Shown here in pieces: positions 53,932 through 64,000 of a DNA stretch of 64,000 nucleotides. This DNA is from Octopus vulgaris. Its lineage: Eukaryota. The stretch's first letter is position 1, and every line of letters starts with the position of its first letter. The DNA is taken from NCBI GenBank assembly GCA_951406725.2, contig OX597816.1, positions 28,706,001 through 28,770,000 on the forward strand, read 5' to 3'. A program made the position numbers and the translations under genes. The notes under the pieces were generated by a model that did no database searches, was not told where the DNA came from, and worked only from the letters and a program-made list of their open reading frames with translations.

Positions 53932-55063
53932 TTTCACTTCTTCCTCTCTACCACCTAAAATATATCAGAAATACTTTTAGTAAAAATTTCTTTCAGATAG
54001 TCATAGTACTCGTTTTATTTTTAGTTTTACTGTCAGAAGCACTTGACTTTTTTATTTGTGAAGTAGACACTGCTCAACATCTGATTCCCGTTCATTTATA
54101 TCGTAATATATTGTAGAGCAAAATAATTCCAACCGTTCGTGTACTGGGTATTTGTCTCTGAAGAAGTAACAATTATTAAATATTACTAACAAGTACTTCT
54201 TAGTCTATTGTAAATGTCCTGCAATGTATCATTTCTTTTATGTTTTTTCTCTCGGTTTGTACGTCTCCTGGCTTACAGATCAATTGTTCGTACATATTTC
54301 TGATAATTTTTACCATGAAAATAGAGATTATATTTTGTTCGTATTCCATTACAGAATCCCCCTTGTTACTTTTTTTCCTACATCATTATTGGAATATTTT
54401 TCCAACTCAATTTCAAATGTTATCTCTATTTACTGTCTCAATTTTGTAACCGATATTCGCTTGACTAAGTCTTTTCACTAAGTTAAATCATGCAAACATC
54501 AACTATTCACAATAAAGAAGCATCATTTCAGAGTGAGGATTAGGAATATTTTTGCATTGTTTCTTGTATTCAGTTGTTGTTATTCTTCTGTCTATTTCCC
54601 CTGCTGTTTATTTTCCAAACAATTGAACACCAAGCATTTATCTTATTTTATTGATGCTTGTCATCATCCAATCAAACAACCGTGCTGTACCCACTGAGTG
54701 GATATTAAAATAAACATAGATGTCTCTTGGGATGTTGCAGTTTTAATTATCATCTAATAACATTACGTTTATTACTAATGTCGTTATCTATTTTTAATTG
54801 ATTTTGAATACTGATAATAAAGCCATCCATCCATCCATCCATCTATATATATACACACACATACACAGATACACGGATACACAGACACACACTCATATAG
54901 CTTAAGAAGAGCACACACAGCTAGAGGAAGGCTACTACTTGATACTTGCAAAATTAAAGTATGGCGACACGAAGGCAATTTGGTCGACGCTCCACCAATT
55001 CTATTGACTGTTCTTATCCACTCTGATTCAAATAGCAGTTTTATAAGATGTAGATCGATATTA

Positions 55064-55305
<242 letters not shown>

Positions 55306-55923
55306 ACGATTCGATCTATGAATTGTAAAGCATTTTGTTAACTGTTTTTCTGTATACTTGTTTATTTCTTTATAAGGTTTATATATGTATGAAACCTAGA
55401 CTATAAGAGTAGGTATCAAGAATTTCATAGTGAGCGTGTTTATATATAATTATCTCTGAATAATATTTCATGAGAAATAAAACGGTATTTTCTAGAGAAC
55501 TTATTCATACACTTAAACATTACAAATCGGAAAACATTACAATGATGTGGTGTTTCTTGCTGGGAGTGGAAAGAATATATATTGTGCATAAGATTTATCT
55601 TCGAACAGAAGACTATGGTTTTCTTTTGTTAAGAAGGGCTTATGCAGTACTTCATTTACAAATAAGTTGAAATTTAACTATATTGAATCATCTCTCAATA
55701 ATTTTCCATGAACATTAAAACTGGTGGTTGAAGTAAAAAAATATATTTTCATAAATGCCATGCAGAAAATTAATTCTATTCATACTTCGCTTCTGCTTTA
55801 TACATTGAATAATAATGATGAAGAAGGGCTATGAAATATATAATTTATTCTCACGTCTATTCACGCCTAGATTTGTACGTAATGTAATCAGCAATCAATA
55901 TCATACTTTAGTGCGAAAAATAT

Positions 55924-56270
55924 TCTTTTACTTGTTTCAGATATTTGATTGAAGCCATGCTGGAGCACCGTCTTTTGTCGAACAAATCGACCACATGAGT
56001 TATTCTTTGTAAGCCTAGTACTTATTCTCTTTTTTGTCAAACTGTTAGGTTACGGGGAAGTAACACACCAGCATTTGTCGTCAAGCGATAGTGGTGGGAC
56101 AAACACAGACACACAAATATTTATATACACATATATGCATACGATGGGCTTCTTTCAGTTTCAATCCATTCAGAAGTCTCTGGTCGACCAGAGGCTATCT
56201 TAGAAGACATTTGCCCAAGGTATCATCCAGTGGGACTGAAACCCGGAATCATGTGGTTGGGAAGCAAGCT
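55924..56270 (-). mobile_element. SINE family 1, older diverged copy
   Basis: ttcttttacttgtttcag...gccatgctggagcacc...cagtgggactgaaacccgg. Confidence 0.85.
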
Positions 56271-56899
56271 TCTTTATTTCATTAAATTGACTACACTGGC
56301 CTTACATAGAGAAAAGAAAGCTGCGGGTTGGACACAGACATAATGTTATATGAGATGTTAAGGGAAAATGATGATTAATGAGGGAAACAAGCAACACTGC
56401 CGATTGTTTGTTTCTCAAAACCATTGTTCTCTTGTTTATCATACATGAGGCAATAAACCTCTCACAATTGTTCATAATTGTTCATCGATACACAAACAAA
56501 TGAGGCACAACGCCTCATACTTTGTTAAAAACAGAATAAGGTTTCAAACCTATTATGAATTCACAATATTAAGGCTTTTCGACCTCTTACCCATATTCCT
56601 CTTCAGTATCGCTTGCAACCACGTACCCCGCCATTATCCACGCCTCATTCAAGCACACAGCGGGTGACGTGTCGGCGTCGCCCGGCCACAAGCGATACTC
56701 CTCATTGAGCTTCTTCAGCCTTTGCAACACGGGCAAAGTTATAACCTCCACAGCTATCTGCCGAGGCCATTTGGGATCCTGTGTGCAGGTCAGAGTTGCT
56801 CTCTTATGGTGCTTCTCCAACACCTCCTCCACATCTACGCCCCTGTGGAAGAAGACAAGTAATTCTTCCTCCTCAGAGGACGAGGTAGTCACTTCCACC

Positions 56900-58300
56900 A
56901 TCGGAAGTTTTTTCTTCTGCCGAAATTTTATTCCAAACTTCCTGCCCTTCCTCTTTTGATTGAACAGACTTTGCTGTAACTGGTATATTCCCCATCTTCC
57001 TGTAAATTTTTGGGGGTTATTTTTTAGCATGTTGTCCTTGAAGAATCTAACGCGCCTTTCATACATTGCTATGTGGGTAACTTTAGCACAAACCTTTTGC
57101 TTAATAGTTACTATGGTGATATCGGTGACACGTATGGTTTTCTTATTATATGTTTACTTTAATTTTCGGATTTTTGTTTGTGTGATAGTTTTGTCAAACT
57201 TACGGAATTTTAAACATTCTATGTCATACCTAAGTAGCTGAATTTAGTGTTGAATACACTCTTGCCAAGTAGGCTTTTTGAATCTTTTCACCACAGAAAG
57301 TCGTTAAGATTTTCGTGAATGCAGAGTACAGGTGGGTGAGATCTGTAATATCACCATCATTAGCTGAAATTTTATCCTTAAGTACCACGTGGATTTTACC
57401 AATTAATTTCATAGTTTGGTTAGAATTGCTAATTTTTTGGAGTGTCACGTTTATTTATAGTGGTTTCTTTAATTTTCAGCCATTCAATTATGATTTGAAT
57501 TGTTAGATATTGTAGTTCAATTGTGTCGATTTGATATTCATCTGCCTTAGTGTTTAAGGTTGGTTCAAAGAGTATTTTACATAGCTTATCAGTTACATTA
57601 ACTCTTTCAGTCATTATTGCATTTTCATTAGACCTGAGTTGGTCTATAATTATTTCCTCTGTAGCTGCAACTTCTTTCCTTTTATCCCTTACTGATTGTT
57701 TAATTAGGTCAATCTCGAATTCAGTTAGTAATTTCTTTTTCATAATGTTTTTGACATTGGCAAGTTTGTTACTGTCTATGTAGGGTCTTACTTCAAGGTG
57801 TTTCTGCCTCCAGTATAAGTAGGTTTGTACAGTATTAGATTTATTTGTGGCGAAATACATGTCATGATAGTAGGTCTTAAGAACTTTATTATCTCCCCTA
57901 GACCATTTTTCATTCTTTTTGGTTATCAGATGATGAGCATGCACGGTCATCTGTTGGAAATTTCCGGTTGTGGGGTACTCCTAAATCCTGTGCTTTGGGA
58001 AAACACGTCCATTTTGAAGAAGAATACAAAAAAATATATAAACAAGGTTGATATATAACAGGGCCTGGAGAGAGAGACATAAGAAGATTGTTAGTTGCAG
58101 AAAAAGTGAGGTTGAACCAATTGTGATAGGAAACTAAGGAGCGACGGGTGAATAGACTCACGAAGGGAACAGAAAAATAAGCTTGCCGGAGCGCATGTAA
58201 TACATGCAACAGGCATGTCCGGCAGGAACGGTGGAGATATTTCGAAAGTTCTTGGGTGTGACTTGTTTTCTTGGAGGTGACTTGTTTTCCCCATACCATC
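56900..58300 (-). mobile_element. R4/Dong-like non-LTR element, 5' UTR and N-terminal ORF fragment
   Basis: ORF 57429-57950 (KWSRGDNK...TYLYWRQKH...IDSNKLANVKNIMKKKLLTEFEI), DITDLTHLYSA, YERRVRFFKDNML.NNPQKF; similar architecture to 49990-51150. Confidence 0.7.
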
Positions 58301-58941
58301 ATAATGGTGAGATACAACAAAATTTGAAATAGAATAAATACATGAATAAATAATAACAATGATAACGAAAATGACGACGACGATGACAATGTTGATGATG
58401 ATGTTATTGATGATGATAATGATGATGATGAGGATGAGGATGATGATGACGGCGACGACGATGATGATGTTGATTTATGTACAGTGTTATGATTACATTT
58501 TCTAACGTGGGATTCCTTTTGCGGCAGCAATATTCAGGGCTTCATTACGCTACAAAAAAAAGTTAGTTACCGGTGAGTTATATCTTTGAGCTCTAGAGCT
58601 TTCGATAAATCGTTAAAGGAAAATAGAGTAGTCTTCAAATCTGCATGTGAACGAATTTATAGGCGGAGTGATACATTTCCTTATAGTATTTTATCTCAAT
58701 CCTGCTTCGTTTCTCATGTTACCAACTGGTAGACTCATTCTGCCGCTATAGACCACTACCTTAGAACGGTAGAATCCTCTCAGTATGTCATTTGGACTTA
58801 CTTCGTCATGTGAAGGTGGGTATCTCGAATGAAAACTGCAAAGACGTAAGTTACCTTTCTATAGTAGCTTGTACTGGTGAAAGAATGAATATATTTTCAC
58901 AAAGCTTAATACAAAATTTTTGTAATATGCTTACTGAATTC

Positions 58942-59120
58942 AAGGCGGCGAGATGGCAGAATCGTTAATACGCCGAATAAAATGCTTAGCTGCATATCGT
59001 ATGGCTTTAAGTTCTGAGTTCAAATTCCACCGAGGTCGATTTTCGTCGTTTCTTCACTTCTCGGTCAATAAAATAAGTGCCAGATGATAAAATCGACCTA
59101 ACCACTGCCCCGGACTTGCT
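58942..59120 (+). mobile_element. SINE family 2, diverged
   Basis: aaggcggcgagatggcagaatcgtt...ttctgagttcaaattccaccgaggtcga. Confidence 0.8.
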
Positions 59121-59389
59121 GGCAGCTAAATTCTTCTTTATAACTGGAGAGTGATCAGAATTCGCTTGAAGTTTCCAAATCGGGGTTTCTCTAGAATTAA
59201 TTGCTTTTTGCTTATAAACATGACTGCAGTTAGGTTTGTGGCGATATTTAACTCTTTCCAGATTCTGTCAATAATGGTTTTGCCGTTCACATTTCTTGGA
59301 ATGTTTATGTTGTAGTCTGTGTAAAACTCTACATATAGGAGAGTACTGCACAACATGAAAAATCCGAAAGCATCTGTATTTTCAGATCA

Positions 59390-60283
59390 ATCTAAAATCT
59401 ATAATTAGATTTATACCCAATATTAAACTTAAAGAACATCTCTCTAAACTTAACCCTTGACAAGCGCGCACATATATTGGATATCCAAATCCTCCCATAA
59501 TGGTTAGACATTCTCGCCCATCTAGCAACCACAAGCATAACACTCGATCTAAGTATACTAATATCAGATCTTCCAACTCACCTTTAACACACAGTAGGAA
59601 TCACACCTCTCCAAATTTGCTTAAGAAAAGTGGTGGCGGAGGTATTCTCTGGTATACATCTCCATTTGCTTTAAATGTCAAGGGCCTCGCTAATGCATTC
59701 TTTAAAATAGTAGACTCTAATTTCCCATGTAACCACTAATATCATTCTGTCTTTAACAAATCCACTTTGAAATAATCCTATTCCTCAACGCCAAATATAG
59801 AAGCTCTTATCATCTCATCTCATCAACGTAAACTTAGCTCTTACTATCTAAATACATACAAACCTACCATAGGCCTACACAACGAAAACACTAACACCAA
59901 TCGTAATAACATATCCAATACCCCTTACCCTACCACTTTAAATAACTTACATAATATAATCCCCACCTCGGTGGGTGCAAGTACTAAAAAGTATACTGAT
60001 ACTAACAGTAGTAACTATATTATCACCACTATAACTAATAATACCTATACTACAACTACTAATAGGACTAGCAACAATAGTTATACTAGCACGAACGGCA
60101 ATATTACAATTACTGAAAAGAATACCATTACTAACACTCCTACCGCAAACGCTACTACTAATAGTTGTAATAGTAACATCACTACTACCACCTCCACTGC
60201 CACTGCTGATGCCAACACTACTACTAATAATGCTATTACTGCTACTACTGCTGCTGCCACTCACCCTCCTCCTCCTCCTCCTC

Positions 60284-60324
<41 letters not shown>

Positions 60325-61975
60325 TGTAATAAGAAATATTATTATAATATCGATGCCGATAACGATAATGACGATAATAATAATAGTGGTAACGATGGTG
60401 TTGATATTGATTGTAGAAATGACGGCAATAATAACAACAATATCACGAACGATTCACCTAATACTACACTAGCCTTTAACTTGTTCACTTTTAGCTCTAC
60501 CTCATCTCTACCTCCAACTAACCATCGTAGAACTGATAGTTGCAACTGCAGATTTGAGACAGACTGTCCGCTGCAAGCTCATTGCAGAAAAGTCAAAGTT
60601 GTATTCTAATGCACCGTTCATATCATAGCAAATAACTACAATAGCTACTATACTGGATCTACTACAAATTTTAAGCAAATATATTATGCTCATTTAAACT
60701 CGTTTAAATATAAAGAGAACAGCAATTCCACATTATAAGTCAGACACGCACACCATCCAATTAATAAAAAGAAAACAATATAGTTTTTCCTGGACTGTAA
60801 TAGATTCTGCTTTCCCATATCATGGCCAGCACTCCACTTGTGGACTCTGATTAAAAGAAGCTCTCAATATTTTAACCTATAACTCACCACAACTACTTAA
60901 CAAGTACAACAAAGCCTTCACAACGTGTAAACACAAATCCTCTCCACTTTTAAATTCTTCCTAAAATCCAAATGAAAATTCACCCCCTTCCAAATAAAAA
61001 CTCATATACAAATCTCCATGATCATTAACACATACCTCTGTGTATTTCTTCAATCAACCTTACCTCATCACTTTCTAACATAAATGTTAATTCTTTAATT
61101 TATTTTTAAACCTTAACCCCCAGATCCCCTAATATTTAATTATAATTCTTGATCCGAAGTAATTTAACATTCAACTGGTTTCTCCATTCACGACCACCTA
61201 CACACCCACACCCCCATTGCTAAAAATATTTCTACAGCCATAAAGAGGACACAAGCACTAACTACTAGGTTTCTTGGCCAACCCCTACAGACTAGAAGAA
61301 TACCACTGGCACCTACTATTCTCTTTGATTCCTTTCATTTTACTTTATTTTTGCTTTTTTAACGTTATCTTCTTTACCTCCTCCTCTCTCCTTATTTACC
61401 TTTAGATATTTATTTATTTATTTATTTATTTATTTATCTTCTTGGTTATTTCTGTACAGTATATGCTCATACAATATATTCTCATATACCTTATTTTAGC
61501 CTTAAGGCCAATCCTTAATTTTTCTCCTTCACTCTCTCTACGTCTCTTTCTATTTATTTATCTTTCTTTCTCTTTGCCATTTTATAGCCACTTCCGCTAC
61601 CATTCTGTTACTGAACGTTTATACGCTCGCGTCTATTTCCGGATATTTACACTATTAAGACTTAAATGTACATGAATATACTCAGGATTACACGCAAGGA
61701 CTTACAGACTTCTACATGATCTGTAAGTTGAACTGTGGACATTTTTGTTTCTCTTTTCTTTTCTTTCTCCATCTCCTTATTCCTTTTATCCTGGCCTCTG
61801 TGTGGTCATTTAATTAATCTATACCCTTCTCATTTTCCCTATTTGTCTCCGATGACGGAATATCCCATAATCTGGGATATCCCACAAACAGCTGTAAGAC
61901 TTTGAATTTTTCCAGTAATAACAGCGTAAAAGACGAGATGTTTACTTTGCCTTCACGTCTGTTGTCCTCTTTAAC
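59390..61975 (+). mobile_element. Penelope-like element, Naiad-like C-terminal region (thumb, Cys-rich GIY-YIG, pseudo-LTR)
   Basis: ILWYTSPF..NVK..ANAFFKIVDSNFP..H...VFNKSTLK.SYSSTPNI; CNCRFETDCPLQAHC; YYTGST; SWTVID...CGL*LKE...LLNK...CKH; HHR downstream. Confidence 0.85.
61845..61900 (+). ncRNA. Type-I hammerhead-like motif in PLE pseudo-LTR, core partly mutated
   Basis: gtct CCGATGA c ggaatatccca-taatc-tgggatatccc acAAAC AGCT GTA agac; long stem II, palindromic ACAGCTGT stem III. Confidence 0.65.
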
Positions 61976-61989
61976 AATTATATGCGTAT

Positions 61990-62205
61990 ATATGTATGTA
62001 TGTAAGTATGTGCGTTTGTCCCCTTCACACCATTTAACAACCCGTATTGATATGCTTAGATCCTCCTAACTTACCAATCGGGCAAAAAAAGGCCATTAGA
62101 TTACGAACTAGACGTTAAATGAATACGTTAAGGCGTCGATATTTTCGAATAAACCCTAAAAGACGGCGCCACTGCATGGCTACTGTGAAATGGCTGAAAG
62201 AAGTA
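61990..62205 (+). mobile_element. Old SINE family 1 3' half
   Basis: gtttgtcccc...ggcaaaa...gcatggc...aaatggctgaaagaagtaaaa. Confidence 0.55.
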
Positions 62206-62254
62206 AAATATAAAATGTATTATATATATATATATATATGTATATATATGTATA

Positions 62255-62329
<75 letters not shown>

Positions 62330-62806
62330 TTTTTTTACTTCTTTCAGATAATAGATACATGTATACATACACAACATACGCATACGCTGAAAAAATATGT
62401 GTATATAAGTATTTTAGCGTATGTAACGGGGTCTTTAAAAATCTTGGCAATTACACGCATTCTCAATGTTTTGTAGTCCACTTATAAAATTCTTGATGTT
62501 AACTTCTCAAAATGTATCGATTTCCCAGTGAATACAAATGTAGTAACTAAAGTGGAAAACTTGTTATAAATTCCTTTGTGGAACGAGTTATCTAATTCAC
62601 AAAGAGAATCCATTCCTCTGACATTAAAATCTTGCCGTCAGCTATGGCTTTCGTGTTTGATGTATGTTTGTGTGTAAGCAAGCAACTTTGTATGTATGGC
62701 GGATTGTGTATATGTATGAATGGCTGAATATATCTAATGCTTGCATACACCCGTGCTGGTGTGTATATAGGATTGGGAAAATTTGTTTCTTCCAGTTTGT
62801 CTCCAA

Positions 62807-62839
<33 letters not shown>

Positions 62840-62891
62840 GCAATTCACCACGTAGAGATAATCGAAATTCTTCCCTTTGTGTTAATATATG

Positions 62892-62947
<56 letters not shown>

Positions 62948-63010
62948 CATATATACATATATATATATGTACATATATATGTACATATATATATGCACAC
63001 ACACATACAC

Positions 63011-63107
<97 letters not shown>

Positions 63108-64000
63108 TATATATATACATGCACGCACAGGTATATATATGTATATATATATATATATATATATACAGGTTTATATATATACATATATACACACACATAT
63201 ATATATACATATATATATGTGTGTGTTTCCTAACTAAATATGTTGGTGTCGCTTCCATTGTAAAACACTTAGTAACCTTTGTACACTCCAATTCACAGAC
63301 AACAGGTGAGATGATAGCGTTGAATATTATATGTAATTCAATTACACTACTGTACCCAGTCCGGTCTCGGAAAATAAATAAGCTATGCGCGTTCAACTTT
63401 GGCAACGCGTCACAAAACATTCTATTAACTCATAAATTGGCCGCAGGTGAAAAGGCGATAATTAATATTCTGGTTCATAAATATCTATTTTCGGTATCTA
63501 AGACTAATATTATTAAGTTCTACCTTCCGTCTTCACACACACTTCCCCGAAATTCTCATCACTTCTCATTCCTTTTCTATATTTCATTTTCCCAATCTAA
63601 TTGCTTCTCCGCATTCTTTAAATAATTTTCTCCCTCCAGTCTATTCAAGTGCGTCCTGATAAACTAGCAAACCTTCTGACACATGCACCAAATCCTGTGT
63701 AGAATTCAATTATGATGAATAAACAAAATAAATTTTCAAATTGTAATATACCTCAAAAATAAAAGGATTTAATGTTTTCTAACCTCATATCCCAACCTAT
63801 ATCTGTTGAATTCATATATATTCATTATGATATATCTAATATTCATAAACGTTCTACACTAGCGACTATGTTCCTCACATTTTCCTTTTTGTACACACTC
63901 CCACACACAGGCAAACATACATCTCTTACGCACGTGCAATTATACAAACAAATATTCATACAAATGTTTTTTTTTTTAATTCAACACCATTCTTACAGTA

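Noticed and set aside
54155-54200. gtct CTGAAGA agtaa...ttact HHR-like start
   Set aside because: No GAAA or closing stem I downstream.
60965-61030. Possible SECIS (ATGA...AA...TGA) downstream of the PLE endonuclease
   Set aside because: Spacing and helix pairing do not fit a SECIS by eye.
62592-63625. Long overlapping YI/IY-rich ORFs (also at 39678, 51546 and 54784)
   Set aside because: Artefacts of stop-free (TA)n tracts; the unique portions resemble no protein I recognise.

Overview
AT-rich eukaryotic non-coding DNA, most likely octopus (inferred from the SINE families and very dense (TA)n and trinucleotide microsatellites). I found no convincing host protein-coding exon. Most listed ORFs are microsatellite translations and the rest are decayed transposon fragments. 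The window is a TE graveyard: three tRNA-derived SINE families, Penelope-like elements (PLEs) with RT and GIY-YIG remnants, R4/Dong-like non-LTR fragments, Tc1/mariner relics, four Helitrons (two head-to-tail) and a Merlin-like MITE with an 8-bp TSD nested in a SINE. The most interesting signal is about 14 minimal type-I hammerhead ribozyme (HHR)-like motifs, mostly at PLE termini or in the loops of long inverted repeats. They include the canonical C3-G8 core and apparent compensatory U3-A8 (UUGAAAA) and G3-C8 (GUGAACA) variants. A Naiad-like PLE endonuclease also carries an in-frame TGA at a conserved Cys position. All calls were made by eye and boundaries are approximate.
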